A stretch of DNA of 64,000 bases from Candidatus Omnitrophota bacterium. Lineage in GTDB: Bacteria; Omnitrophota; Gorgyraeia; Gygaellales; Profunditerraquicolaceae. Each line of letters starts with the position of its first letter. Within the stretch, counting starts at the first letter, position 1. Below are positions 29,925-39,338 of the stretch, in pieces. The stretch spans positions 10,230 through 74,229 of the forward strand of contig JAPLLX010000003.1 in assembly GCA_026387335.1 (NCBI GenBank). Direction: 5' to 3'. The notes below the pieces were generated by a model. It ran no database searches and was not told where the DNA came from. It saw nothing but the letters and a program-made list of their open reading frames with translations. Both the position numbers and the translations under genes were made by a program.

Positions 29925-30827
29925 TTAAACTCTTTCCGCCACTCTTAATTTAGATGAGCGGCTCGCCGGATTACTCTCTACTTCTCTCGCCGCCGGCGTT
30001 AAAGGTTTGGGTGTTAGAATATTTATAAGGCCGTCGCTTTCGGCCTTGCGGAACGCGAATTTTATGATCCGGTCTTCCAGAGAATGGAACGAAATCACAC
30101 ATATCCTGGCCTTTTTATTCAGGATGGCAATGGCTTTATTCACCGCTTCTTCCAGGATCTCCAGCTCTCTATTCACGGCGATACGCACTGCCTGAAAAGT
30201 GCGGGTTGCCGGATGTATCCGGTAAAACCTGTGCCGGTACCGGGAAGGGATAGACCTGGCCACGATATTCGCCAGTTGCAGCGTAGTAGTAATAGGTTCT
30301 TTCTCCCTTTCCTGGACTATCAGGCGGGCAATACGGTTATGCCACCTCTCCTCTCCGAAATTCCATAACAAAGTAGAAAGTTCTTCTTCGTTGAGGTTGT
30401 TCACCAGGTCATATGCCGATATGTAGCTATCTTTATCCATGCGCATATCTAAAGGGCCGTCGCCCTGAAAACTAAAACCTCGGCTTACATCCTGTAACTG
30501 AAAAGAAGATATGCCCAAATCAAAAAGAATGCCGTCAACCGACCTGACCCCCATATTTTCTAAGAGCGTATCTATATCCACGAAGTTTCCGTGGATTAAT
30601 CTGCAAGCGGACCCAAATTTACTCAAGCGTTCCCGCGCTACAACTAAAGACGTTTCGTCGCGGTCTATTCCAATGAGCCCTCCTCCAGGGAGAATCCGCT
30701 CTATTATTGCCAAAGAATGTCCGGCAGTTCCTTCAGTCGCATCCACTATTGTCTTACCGGGCTTTAAATCTAAATAATCTAAAACCTCACCGCTCATCAC
30801 GGGAGTATGAATTTTTATATTAGGCAT
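29925..30827 (-). CDS. rsmH: 16S rRNA m4C1402 methyltransferase RsmH (MraW)
   Basis: 300 aa SAM-dependent methyltransferase (DATEGTAGHS). Confidence 0.9.
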   Translation of the reverse strand: MPNIKIHTPVMSGEVLDYLDLKPGKTIVDATEGTAGHSLAIIERILPGGGLIGIDRDETSLVVARERLSKFGSACRLIHGNFVDIDTLLENMGVRSVDGILFDLGISSFQLQDVSRGFSFQGDGPLDMRMDKDSYISAYDLVNNLNEEELSTLLWNFGEERWHNRIARLIVQEREKEPITTTLQLANIVARSIPSRYRHRFYRIHPATRTFQAVRIAVNRELEILEEAVNKAIAILNKKARICVISFHSLEDRIIKFAFRKAESDGLINILTPKPLTPAAREVESNPASRSSKLRVAERV

Positions 30828-31257
30828 CCATCAACTTTTCAGCAATCTCTTCAAAAGATTGCCGTGAATTTCCGTAAAACTCTGACCACTTATCTTTAGC
30901 CCAAATTTCAATACGGCTAGAGACACCGACAATAACCACATCTTTCTTAATTCCCGCGAAATCCTTCAAGTACTGCGGAAGAAGGATGCGGCCTTGCGTA
31001 TCAAAATTTATTTCAACAGCTCCGGAAAAATAGAGGCGGTTAAATTTACGGGATTCGGCTTTAGTAAAAGGTATGGCCTTAAATTTAGATTCCTGCGCCC
31101 GCCACTCTTCTTCCCCGAACATAAACAAACAGCTGTCTAATCCGCGGGTAATAAAGAATTTTTCAATGAAATGGGCTTTAGCCGCTTCCCGAAATTTGGC
31201 AGGCAATATTAAACGGCCCTTACGATCTATAGAATGCAGATACTCGCCATAGAACAT
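30820..31257 (-). CDS. mraZ: Transcriptional regulator MraZ
   Basis: 145 aa with a duplicated MraZ domain (GEYLHSIDRKGRLILP ... DTQGRILLP). Confidence 0.9.
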   Translation of the reverse strand: MFYGEYLHSIDRKGRLILPAKFREAAKAHFIEKFFITRGLDSCLFMFGEEEWRAQESKFKAIPFTKAESRKFNRLYFSGAVEINFDTQGRILLPQYLKDFAGIKKDVVIVGVSSRIEIWAKDKWSEFYGNSRQSFEEIAEKLMDA

Positions 31258-31270
31258 GGCTTACGCTCCT

Positions 31271-31295
31271 TCCACCTTACTCCACTTTCATCCAC
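31271..31295 (-). promoter_or_regulatory. Three direct repeats of GTGGA at exact 10-bp spacing (putative MraZ boxes) between the mraZ promoter and start codon
   Basis: On the minus strand: aGTGGAtgaa aGTGGAgtaa gGTGGAagga. On the plus strand, TCCAC at 31271, 31281 and 31291. MraZ is known to bind GTGG(G)-type direct repeats in its own promoter. Confidence 0.55.
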
Positions 31296-31306
31296 TTAGT
31301 AGTCAA

Positions 31307-31335
31307 AGTATAGATAAAATCCCCACTCTTGTCAA
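31307..31335 (-). promoter_or_regulatory. Putative sigma70-type Pmra promoter (-35 TTGACA, 17-nt spacer, -10 TATACT)
   Basis: Reverse complement of 31307-31335 reads TTGACAagagtggggattttatcTATACT. It lies upstream of the MraZ boxes and mraZ. Confidence 0.5.
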
Positions 31336-31421
31336 GAAAAAAATTAACCTAAATGCCTCTAAAACAAGTAGTAGTGGTTATTGAAAGTGAAAATAGCTAT
31401 ATATGGTGGCTTTTTAACTGG

Positions 31422-32342
31422 TTAAGCGAGGATTTTTTTGGCGGAGATTACGTCTTTTTGGATTTGGGCTGCCAGAAGGGCTAAAGAGGGGAATTTTTTA
31501 TCCGGCCGGATTTTTTGGCTAAAGCGGATTTCCAGGTATTTTCCGTAAATGTTTTGGTGGAAGTCAAATATATATACTTCCACATTTATATTCTTCTTTT
31601 GATCATTAATTCTTAAATGTTTTCTAACCGTGGGCCTTTTTCCGATATAACAGGCGCCCTTAAATTTATTCTCTCCCAGGATTATCCTTACGGCATATAT
31701 TCCGGACGCCGGGATCACTTCATGATGCGGATCAATATTTGCCGTAGGATATCCCAATATCCGCCCTAATCTTGTCCCCCTTATCACCGTCCCCAGGATG
31801 CTTACCGGTTGAGCCAACAGTTTTTCTGCCTCTTTTATGTTACCTTTTCTTATCAGCGCGCGGATTAAAGTGCTGCTTATCGGTAAGCCTCTTACTTTAA
31901 TAATATTAAAGCCCTTAGCTTGGAAACCGTAGACCTGGCCCGATTTTTTTAAAAGAGCGATATCCCCCTGCGCCTTATTTCCAAAACGAAAGTCCCTGCC
32001 TACATAAACATATCCTGCCCCAAGTTTATTGACCAGAATATCTTTTATGAAATCCTTGGCCTTAACCTTGGCGAAATGACGGCTAAAATTAATAACTACA
32101 CAAATATCTACCCCTAATCCGGAAATAATTCTTAGCCTATGTTCGAGAGAATACAGGCTCTCTTCTCTTTGCGGATGGGGCCAGAAGGTTAAGACAACGC
32201 TTGTCCCTTTTATTTCTCGCGCTTTGCTTACCGCGGCCCTTAATATCTTACGATGCCCGCGGTGCACGCCGTCAAAAACCCCCAGCGCCACCACCGGCTT
32301 CCTAGCTTTGCGGATATTATTTATTCCGTATATGATTTTCAT
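31422..32342 (-). CDS. ribF: Bifunctional riboflavin kinase / FMN adenylyltransferase
   Basis: 306 aa with the N-terminal FAD synthetase motif GVFDGVHRGH and a C-terminal riboflavin kinase domain. Confidence 0.88.
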   Translation of the reverse strand: MKIIYGINNIRKARKPVVALGVFDGVHRGHRKILRAAVSKAREIKGTSVVLTFWPHPQREESLYSLEHRLRIISGLGVDICVVINFSRHFAKVKAKDFIKDILVNKLGAGYVYVGRDFRFGNKAQGDIALLKKSGQVYGFQAKGFNIIKVRGLPISSTLIRALIRKGNIKEAEKLLAQPVSILGTVIRGTRLGRILGYPTANIDPHHEVIPASGIYAVRIILGENKFKGACYIGKRPTVRKHLRINDQKKNINVEVYIFDFHQNIYGKYLEIRFSQKIRPDKKFPSLALLAAQIQKDVISAKKILA

Positions 32343-32351
32343 TAGTAAAAG

Positions 32352-33332
32352 CTACTTCAAGTTCTGACGGATTTTGGCAATTACTTTTTTGCGCACTTCC
32401 GAAAGCTTTCCGCTAATAGTGCAGCCGGAAGCTGTTTTATGGCCTCCGCCTCCGAAGGCCTGCGCGATCTTATTCACGTCAACTAAACCGTTCGACCTTA
32501 GGTTAAAACGGATCTCTTTTTTTCCGCCTAGGTTTTCCCTAAAGAGAGCGGCCACCTGCGTATCTTTTATTGAACGGATAAAACTTAAGATGTGGTCGCC
32601 TAAATCAAAAGAAAGCTTTTTGTGCCTTAACATTTTCGCCGGGACACTCACCCAGGTAATCCTGCCTTCTGCGGCCCGATGTATGCGCGTAAGCATTTTA
32701 CTCAATAGCTGCATATCGGCAAACGGGATATTCTCGTATATTTTTTTATAGATCTGGTTAGGGTTAATATTAAAACTCAATAACTCCGCCACCGCCTTAT
32801 GGGTAAAGGCAGTGGTATTAGAATAACGGAACGACCCGGTATCCGTAAGTATGCCGGCATATAAAAGTAAGGCTGAATCCTGGTCAAAAGGCACGCGCAT
32901 TTCTTTATAGAGTTTAAAAACAATCTCCGAGGCTGAAGAAGCTAAAGGCTCAACTAAATTTACAGTCCCGAATTTAGAGTTGCTTATATGGTGGTCTATA
33001 TTAATGACGGGTTTATTATTTTTATTTAGGAGCTTGACCTGGCCGACGCGGGACAAATCCGTGCAATCAAGTATAGCCAGACAGTCAAAATCAATATCCT
33101 TTAATCCCGGTTTATAGAGTCTTATCTTCTCCTTACCGGGGAAAAAATCATATTCCGCAGGCAAAGGGTCTTCGTTGACAATAACTCCCTGCTTACCCAG
33201 CTTCTTTAGCAGGTAATAGAAAGCCAATTCTGAACCTAAGGCGTCGCCTTCGGGGCTAGTGTGGGAGCTGATTAAAAAACGTTTATGCCTTCTTATTTCC
33301 GCGGCTGCTTTTTCTAGGCTTATTTTCTTCAT
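32352..33332 (-). CDS. nrnA: DHH-DHHA1 phosphoesterase (NrnA-type oligoribonuclease/pAp phosphatase)
   Basis: 326 aa with DHH motifs and the GGGH motif near the C-terminus. Confidence 0.8.
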   Translation of the reverse strand: MKKISLEKAAAEIRRHKRFLISSHTSPEGDALGSELAFYYLLKKLGKQGVIVNEDPLPAEYDFFPGKEKIRLYKPGLKDIDFDCLAILDCTDLSRVGQVKLLNKNNKPVINIDHHISNSKFGTVNLVEPLASSASEIVFKLYKEMRVPFDQDSALLLYAGILTDTGSFRYSNTTAFTHKAVAELLSFNINPNQIYKKIYENIPFADMQLLSKMLTRIHRAAEGRITWVSVPAKMLRHKKLSFDLGDHILSFIRSIKDTQVAALFRENLGGKKEIRFNLRSNGLVDVNKIAQAFGGGGHKTASGCTISGKLSEVRKKVIAKIRQNLK

Positions 33333-33669
33333 CTATCTCCTTTATTTCGTTCAAAACCTCTTCTATACGCACGCTATATTCCGTTGACCTGTCCTCATAA
33401 AAAGCTATTTCCGGCGCAAATCTTAAATTCAACCTCTGGGCTACTAATTTACGCACAAACCCCACAGCCGAATCCAAAGCTTCTTTCGTTTTTTTATACG
33501 CTTCATCGCTGCCTAAAACACTAAATAAAATCTTGGCGTATCTTAAATTTGGCGTAACCTCAACGCTGGTTATGGTTACAAACCCTAAACGCGGATCCTT
33601 TAGTTTATCATGGATTATTACGCTGGCTTCCTGCCTTATAGCCTCAGCTACCTTATCTTGCCTAGACAT
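33283..33669 (-). CDS. rbfA: Ribosome-binding factor A
   Basis: 128 aa. KH-like RbfA core, collinear with E. coli RbfA. The 3' end overlaps the nrnA start by 50 nt. Confidence 0.85.
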   Translation of the reverse strand: MSRQDKVAEAIRQEASVIIHDKLKDPRLGFVTITSVEVTPNLRYAKILFSVLGSDEAYKKTKEALDSAVGFVRKLVAQRLNLRFAPEIAFYEDRSTEYSVRIEEVLNEIKEIDEENKPRKSSRGNKKA

Positions 33670-33672
33670 TTA

Positions 33673-34941
33673 CTAACTCCTATTTTTTATCAACTTCCTG
33701 ATCAGCTCCAACTCCTCTTCTTTGTTTTTGACTTTACCGTTAAGCTTGGCATTGAGGACCTGCGTAAAAATCTCCTTGTATCCTGGCCCAGGCAAAATAC
33801 CCAGGCAATGCAGATCTTCTCCGCCGACATAAATACGCAGACCATTATAAATTTCCAGAAAATCCGCGAGGTTACGTTTAAATCTCTTATTATTATGCTT
33901 TGACCTTAACACCAGTATTGTTTCATAACTAAGCGGCTCTAACAACGCGAAAATCCTGGATGGTTTAATTGTTACCGCGCTTAATTCTTTTACCCAACTG
34001 AGCTTAAACTGTTTATAGCTTAACAACCTCTTCTCTTCTCCTTTGCGTAAACCGAACTTCGCGCAGATACTCTTTATTTCTCTTATGCCCAGGGGATCAA
34101 AGAGCCCAATAAGATAAACCAACCAGGTATCCAAGGGCCGGCGTCCGGGATTCCTTTGGTTAAACCAGTCAATCTCTTTTTTTATGGTCTTTAAGAAAAC
34201 CCGGGTCCTGGTGTTTATTTTTAGTTTCGCCGAAATAAAATCCAACCCGGACAATTTATGCAAACGCTCTATCTCTTTAACGACATTTTCTTCTTTTAAA
34301 ATCAGGATCAGTTCATCGCGCGTGCGGTGAGGATGGACTTGTTCCAGCATTTTATTCCTGAGCGCGCTTTTCAATAAACTTAAGGTCTGTCTTTCAATGC
34401 TTAGGCTATACCTCTGTTCAAAACGGACTGCCCGCAATATCCTGGTGGGATCGTCAATAAAGCTTAAATCATGCAATACGCGGATGATTTTATTGCGCAG
34501 GTCGCTGGCGCCGCCAAAATAATCAATGAGCTTGCCGTCGCTTAGATCTATAGCCATGGCATTAATGGTAAAATCCCGCCGGAATAGATCTTCTCTTAAT
34601 GAGCCGGGCCTGACTACGGGTAAATGCGCCGGCTTGGGGTAATACTCGCTCCTGGCCCCAGAGAAATCAATCTTTAAAGAAGGCCTTAAAGAAAGAGTGG
34701 CTGTGCCAAATTGCTTATGCGCGATGACTTTCGCTTTAAGCTGCTGCCCTAAGCTTTCGGCGAATTTTATTCCGTCTCCTTCAACCACTATATCCAAATC
34801 CAGGTTTTTGACCCCTAAGATTAAATCCCGCACAAATCCGCCCACGAGATACCCTCTTAAATTTTCCTGAGCGGCAATAGAACGCACCTTATTAATTAAG
34901 CCTCTTAATTCTTCTGGTATTTTTTCTAGATATTCTTTCAT
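33673..34941 (-). CDS. cca: tRNA nucleotidyltransferase (CCA-adding) / poly(A) polymerase family
   Basis: 422 aa with the Pol-beta-type head domain (GYLVGGFVRDLILG...DLDIVVEG). Confidence 0.8.
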   Translation of the reverse strand: MKEYLEKIPEELRGLINKVRSIAAQENLRGYLVGGFVRDLILGVKNLDLDIVVEGDGIKFAESLGQQLKAKVIAHKQFGTATLSLRPSLKIDFSGARSEYYPKPAHLPVVRPGSLREDLFRRDFTINAMAIDLSDGKLIDYFGGASDLRNKIIRVLHDLSFIDDPTRILRAVRFEQRYSLSIERQTLSLLKSALRNKMLEQVHPHRTRDELILILKEENVVKEIERLHKLSGLDFISAKLKINTRTRVFLKTIKKEIDWFNQRNPGRRPLDTWLVYLIGLFDPLGIREIKSICAKFGLRKGEEKRLLSYKQFKLSWVKELSAVTIKPSRIFALLEPLSYETILVLRSKHNNKRFKRNLADFLEIYNGLRIYVGGEDLHCLGILPGPGYKEIFTQVLNAKLNGKVKNKEEELELIRKLIKNRS

Positions 34942-34948
34942 TTTTTCT

Positions 34949-35836
34949 CTATGGCCGGGGATGAAACTGCCGGTGTATGTTTTTAAGCCTGTCTTTATTT
35001 ATATGCGTATAAATCTGGGTCGTAGAAATATTAGAGTGGCCGAGCATCTCCTGCACCGAACGCAGATCCGCGCCGTGTTCAAGTAAATGCGTGGCAAACG
35101 AATGCCTTAAAATATGCGGCTTAATCGGTTTCTTAATGCGCGCGGCCAAAGCGTATTTCTTCACCATCTTCCAGAATGACTGCCGGGAAATATTTTTCCC
35201 GAAACGGCTGACAAAAAGAAAATCCGAGTCTCTGTTTTTTAAAAGCTTAGGCCGGGAAGTCTCCAGGTACCTGTTGATACTGGCTATCGCCTTTTTTCCT
35301 AAAGGTATAACCCTCTCCTTATTACCCTTGCCTACGCAACGCAGGAATCCGATATCTAAATTTACATTATCTTTCTTTAAATTCACCGCTTCGGATACGC
35401 GCATACCCGTAGCATAAAGCGTCTCTAAAATCGCCCTGTCCCGGGTCCCTTGAGTATCCCGGGCATTGGGTTGGGCTATTAAAGCCTCCACCTCATTTAA
35501 GGTAAGAGTCTCGGGGATTCTTTTCCATAATTTAGGAGAATCTATTAACGTGCTGGGATCTTCCTTGACAATCCTTTCCCGGGTAAGAAAGCGATGGAAC
35601 ATCCTTATCGCCGCCAGGCGCCGGGCAATGGAATTCGGCGCGATCCCCTTATCTTTCTGGGTATACATAAAACCGGTAATATTGTTTTTAGTTATCTTGG
35701 ATAACGCGTCAATATTGCTCTTCTCAATAAAATCCAGGTAAGTATTCAGGTCCTCCCGGTATGAAATTATAGTATTCCTGGAGAGCCCGCGCTCAACTGA
35801 AAGATAGTTTAAGAAAGTATCGATTAATTCCTTCAT
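34949..35836 (-). CDS. xerD: Tyrosine recombinase XerC/XerD family
   Basis: 295 aa with R...HxxR...Y catalytic residues (HILRHSFATHLL ... LGHSNISTTQIYTH). Embedded in housekeeping context with no flanking att-like repeats seen. Confidence 0.8.
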   Translation of the reverse strand: MKELIDTFLNYLSVERGLSRNTIISYREDLNTYLDFIEKSNIDALSKITKNNITGFMYTQKDKGIAPNSIARRLAAIRMFHRFLTRERIVKEDPSTLIDSPKLWKRIPETLTLNEVEALIAQPNARDTQGTRDRAILETLYATGMRVSEAVNLKKDNVNLDIGFLRCVGKGNKERVIPLGKKAIASINRYLETSRPKLLKNRDSDFLFVSRFGKNISRQSFWKMVKKYALAARIKKPIKPHILRHSFATHLLEHGADLRSVQEMLGHSNISTTQIYTHINKDRLKNIHRQFHPRP

Positions 35837-36447
35837 ATTAAATTATTCCGTTTCTCTTGACCTATAGTTGAGGACGGCCCATGGCCGGGATAAATTTTTG
35901 TAGCATCGGGTAGAATAAATAATCTCTCTCTTATGGATTTAGCCAATAGTTCCTGGCTGCCTCCGGCTAGATCCGATCTGCCGATACCATTACAAAATAA
36001 AGTATCACCGGTAAAAACTATTCCCCCTAACGGTTTCTCTAAAATAAGGCCGATACCTCCCTGGGTATGGCCCGGCAGATGCGCTACCTTTAACCGTAAG
36101 TTACCCAATTCCACCACTTGATTATCCTCTAAAATATTAATTTTGGAGTTAACTGTATAAGGAAGAGCAAACAGGCCTGACATATTCAGTATCGCGTCTT
36201 TTAATAACGCGGCGTCGGCTTTGTGCACATAAATCGGGACGCCAAATTCATTATCCGCGCCGATATGGTCAAAATGACCATGGGTATTGATGATAAAAGC
36301 CGGTTTTAGTTTAAATTTATCTAATACCTTTTGGATTTTCCTGCCTTGGGCCCCCGGGTCAATGATTATAGCCTGAGAATTTTCTTTTTCCGCCAGCACA
36401 TAACAATTGACTTCCATTGAGCCTACGCAAATCGTTTCTAATATCAT
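35833..36447 (-). CDS. MBL-fold metallo-hydrolase (glyoxalase II-like)
   Basis: 204 aa with the HxHxDH motif (THGHFDHIG). Confidence 0.8.
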   Translation of the reverse strand: MILETICVGSMEVNCYVLAEKENSQAIIIDPGAQGRKIQKVLDKFKLKPAFIINTHGHFDHIGADNEFGVPIYVHKADAALLKDAILNMSGLFALPYTVNSKINILEDNQVVELGNLRLKVAHLPGHTQGGIGLILEKPLGGIVFTGDTLFCNGIGRSDLAGGSQELLAKSIRERLFILPDATKIYPGHGPSSTIGQEKRNNLI

Positions 36448-36935
36448 AACAGATCGTTTTTAATGTCGTCGTAAGAGAACCTTTGCTGAATATTCATTTT
36501 TAGTTTATCTGAGTCCTGACGGTAAGAATTAATCGCCGTGCCGTAGATATCCGATTGAATACTATTTTGCAGGTCAGCCAGCTGTTTTAAGTAAACATCC
36601 AGCTGCTTTTGCTTGCTTTCATTCAAAAGAGAGCGCATCCCGATAAGATTCTTCATTGCCTGCTGAGCGCAATCAATTTTCTTCTTTTGGGTAGAACTCA
36701 GCTGCAGGCTGTTGATAAGTTCATCGTGCCAGGATTTCCAGAAAAGAAAATACTGCCTGTACTGCTCTTCTTTGGTCATCTTGGGCCCTTTCCACTCCTC
36801 AGGCGCTAAAACCATCTCTTCAGGACTTTTGTCTTTCTTAGACTTACGGGTAAATTTGCGCACAAATGCCTCGCACCCGGTTAAATTAATTACTAAGATT
36901 ATCCCGATAATAAAAATAAACCATTTACGCATCAT
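36444..36935 (-). CDS. Hypothetical lipoprotein
   Basis: 163 aa with a signal peptide and lipobox (LTGC). No recognisable domain. Confidence 0.5.
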   Translation of the reverse strand: MMRKWFIFIIGIILVINLTGCEAFVRKFTRKSKKDKSPEEMVLAPEEWKGPKMTKEEQYRQYFLFWKSWHDELINSLQLSSTQKKKIDCAQQAMKNLIGMRSLLNESKQKQLDVYLKQLADLQNSIQSDIYGTAINSYRQDSDKLKMNIQQRFSYDDIKNDLL

Positions 36936-38920
36936 TTGGTCATCTCCTTAAACTCTTCCTCATTAACAATCTTGATCCCTAATCTCATCGCCTTAGCATA
37001 CTTTGAACCGGGATTCTCTCCTGCGACGACAAAATCCGTATTCTTACTCACCGACGCGACAGGATTTGCGCCGAGTTTACGCGCTAATTCCTCAGCCTCC
37101 GGCCGGCTAAAACCCTTAAGCTCCCCTGTAAATACTAATGCCTTACCGGTTAATTTAGTGGATTTATTCCGTAGAGGTTCTTCTTTTAAATTCAGCCCGG
37201 ATTTTCTTAATTCCTCAATTAATTTTAAGGTTGGCCCTTGTGAAAAATAATCTACGATTGATCCGGACATAACCGGCCCTATTTCATGAATACCAGTCAA
37301 CTCGCTAGCTTTAGCGGCCGATAAATTATCCAATGACCTGAATTCGCACGCCAGGACAAAGGCGGCTTTCTCTCCGACATGGCGTATACCTAAAGCGTAA
37401 ATCAAAGAGTGGAGCGGCTTCTGTTTGCTTTTCTCGATCCCGGAAAGCAAATTATCAATTTTTTTATTTTTAAATAGTTCTAATCTTCCTAAATCCTCCG
37501 GTTTCAATTTATAAATATCCGCGAAATTCCTGACCAGCTTTAACTTTACCAGCTGAGCTACGACCGCTTCCCCCATCCCTTCAATATCTAAGGCCTTGCG
37601 CGAAGCAAAATGCAGCAGGCTTCTTTCAAGTTGGGCAGGGCAAGACGGATTAATACAGCGATAGGCGACATCTTCTTCTTTTTCTTTTACGACTTTTCCT
37701 GAACAGACGGGACAGCTTTGGGGAACAGAAAATTCTTTTTTCCCCCTATGCTCGGTGACTTTGATTACCTTAGGGATTACTTCCCCCGCCCTCTCAATTA
37801 AAACCCTGTCGCCTATCCTGACTTTGAGTCTTTTTATTTCGTCAAAATTATGCAGTGTGGCGTGTTTGATAATTACCCCGGCGCAGGGAACAGGGTCTAA
37901 TTCGGCTACCGGCGTGATTATACCGGTTCTACCGACCTGAGACACGATATCCAACACCTGCGTTGTTGCTTGATGCGCGGGAAATTTATAAGCTACTGCC
38001 CAGCGCGGGCTCTTGAGGGTGGCTCCTAATTCTTTTTGCTGAACAATATTGTTGACCTTGATTACTATGCCGTCTATGTCGTAAGTGAGTTTATCCTTTT
38101 TTTTCTCCCAGTCATTACAATATTTTATCGCCTCATCTAAATCCTTACAAAGCGTAGAATGCATATTGGTCCGCACACCCCAATCTTTTAGTCGAGAGAG
38201 AAACTCCCAATGCTCCAAAATATTCGGCCCGGAGTACTCACCTAAAGAATGGGCAAAGAAATTCAGGCGGCGCTTAGACATAAGGGAAGAATCCAAAAGT
38301 TTTAAAGAACCGCTGGCGGCATTCCGGGGGTTAGCGAACAAAACGTCTCCCTCATTTTCTCTCTCTTTATTTAATTTAGCAAATTCTACTCTATCCATAT
38401 AAATCTCGCCGCGGATCTCAATAAAATCGGGAATATTATTACCCAATAGAGCCAGAGGGATTGCCCGGATAGTCTTAATATTCTGGGTTACATCCTCTCC
38501 TGTTTCCCCGTCACCCCGGGTTACGCCATTGACCAATTTGCCCTTTTTATAGGTAAGATTCACGCTTACTCCATCAATCTTAAGCTCAACCACAAATTCT
38601 ATTATTTTATTTCCCAGACCTTTATGTACGCGGGATACCCAATCTTTTAATTCTTTATAGCTATAGGTATTATCCAGCGAAAGCATCTTTTGCGCATGCC
38701 TGGCTGTCTTAAATCCTTCCAAAATCCCGCCGCTAACGCGCGCAGTAGGAGAATCGCCGGACTTAAACTGCGGGTATTTATCCTCTAAATCTTTGAGCCT
38801 GCGCATTAAAACATCGTATTCTTTATCGGAGATCTTTGGCTGGCTTAAAACGTAGTAAAGGTAGTCATGGCGGCGGATTTGTCCCTTTAGCGATTCTATG
38901 CTTTTTTTTATATCCGGCAT
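36932..38920 (-). CDS. ligA: NAD-dependent DNA ligase
   Basis: 662 aa with the adenylation motif KxDG (ELKIDGVS), OB fold, Zn finger (CPVCSGK...C), HhH and BRCT. Confidence 0.92.
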   Translation of the reverse strand: MPDIKKSIESLKGQIRRHDYLYYVLSQPKISDKEYDVLMRRLKDLEDKYPQFKSGDSPTARVSGGILEGFKTARHAQKMLSLDNTYSYKELKDWVSRVHKGLGNKIIEFVVELKIDGVSVNLTYKKGKLVNGVTRGDGETGEDVTQNIKTIRAIPLALLGNNIPDFIEIRGEIYMDRVEFAKLNKERENEGDVLFANPRNAASGSLKLLDSSLMSKRRLNFFAHSLGEYSGPNILEHWEFLSRLKDWGVRTNMHSTLCKDLDEAIKYCNDWEKKKDKLTYDIDGIVIKVNNIVQQKELGATLKSPRWAVAYKFPAHQATTQVLDIVSQVGRTGIITPVAELDPVPCAGVIIKHATLHNFDEIKRLKVRIGDRVLIERAGEVIPKVIKVTEHRGKKEFSVPQSCPVCSGKVVKEKEEDVAYRCINPSCPAQLERSLLHFASRKALDIEGMGEAVVAQLVKLKLVRNFADIYKLKPEDLGRLELFKNKKIDNLLSGIEKSKQKPLHSLIYALGIRHVGEKAAFVLACEFRSLDNLSAAKASELTGIHEIGPVMSGSIVDYFSQGPTLKLIEELRKSGLNLKEEPLRNKSTKLTGKALVFTGELKGFSRPEAEELARKLGANPVASVSKNTDFVVAGENPGSKYAKAMRLGIKIVNEEEFKEMTK

Positions 38921-39193
38921 CTAAATTTTTACTCCGAAATCCTTAAATTCGCCTGTGGCGGGTTCCCAGCTTGCCTGTACATCCTGAATATAGCGGTTAA
39001 AAATAGTGTTCAGCTGCGCCAGAAAATCCTTAAGCACTTCTTCGTTAGCCTCGGCGACTAGTTCCACTCTAGCGTCGCTAAGATTCTCTACCCAGCCAAA
39101 AACCCCCAGTTCTTCGGCCAGGCGTTCGGCAGTGAAACGAAAGCCTATCCCCTGTACCTGTCCGGAATAATAAACGTGGACTTGTTTTTTCAT
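38921..39193 (-). CDS. acyP: Acylphosphatase
   Basis: 90 aa with the signature VQGIGFRF and GWV.N motifs. Confidence 0.85.
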   Translation of the reverse strand: MKKQVHVYYSGQVQGIGFRFTAERLAEELGVFGWVENLSDARVELVAEANEEVLKDFLAQLNTIFNRYIQDVQASWEPATGEFKDFGVKI

Positions 39194-39196
39194 GAA

Positions 39197-39273
39197 TGGT
39201 CGGGGCGGACAGACTTGAACTGTCGGCCTCTTGGTCCCGAACCAAGCGCTCTACCAAACTGAGCCACGCCCCG
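39197..39273 (-). tRNA. tRNA-Pro (anticodon CGG), CCA encoded
   Basis: The minus-strand reading folds as a cloverleaf with a 7-bp acceptor stem (C1-G72), anticodon loop TTCGGGA (G37), T-loop TTCAAGT and discriminator A + CCA. Confidence 0.9.
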
Positions 39274-39288
39274 CATTATTTAAAAGTT

Positions 39289-39317
39289 AGTATAACAGAA
39301 AATATTTAGGTTGGCAA
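39289..39317 (-). promoter_or_regulatory. Putative promoter upstream of tRNA-Pro (-35 TTGCCA, 17-nt spacer, -10 TATACT)
   Basis: Reverse complement reads TTGCCAacctaaatattttctgtTATACT, about 15 nt before the tRNA 5' end. Confidence 0.45.
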
Positions 39318-39338
39318 TAATTAGAAGTTAACATAACA

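Noticed and set aside
34949-35836. Tyrosine recombinase as the integrase of a mobile element or integrated island
   Set aside because: It is embedded in a housekeeping operon (cca-xerD-MBL-ligA). There are no flanking direct repeats, no tRNA-adjacent att site and no phage or IS genes nearby. XerC/D chromosome-dimer resolvase is the parsimonious call.
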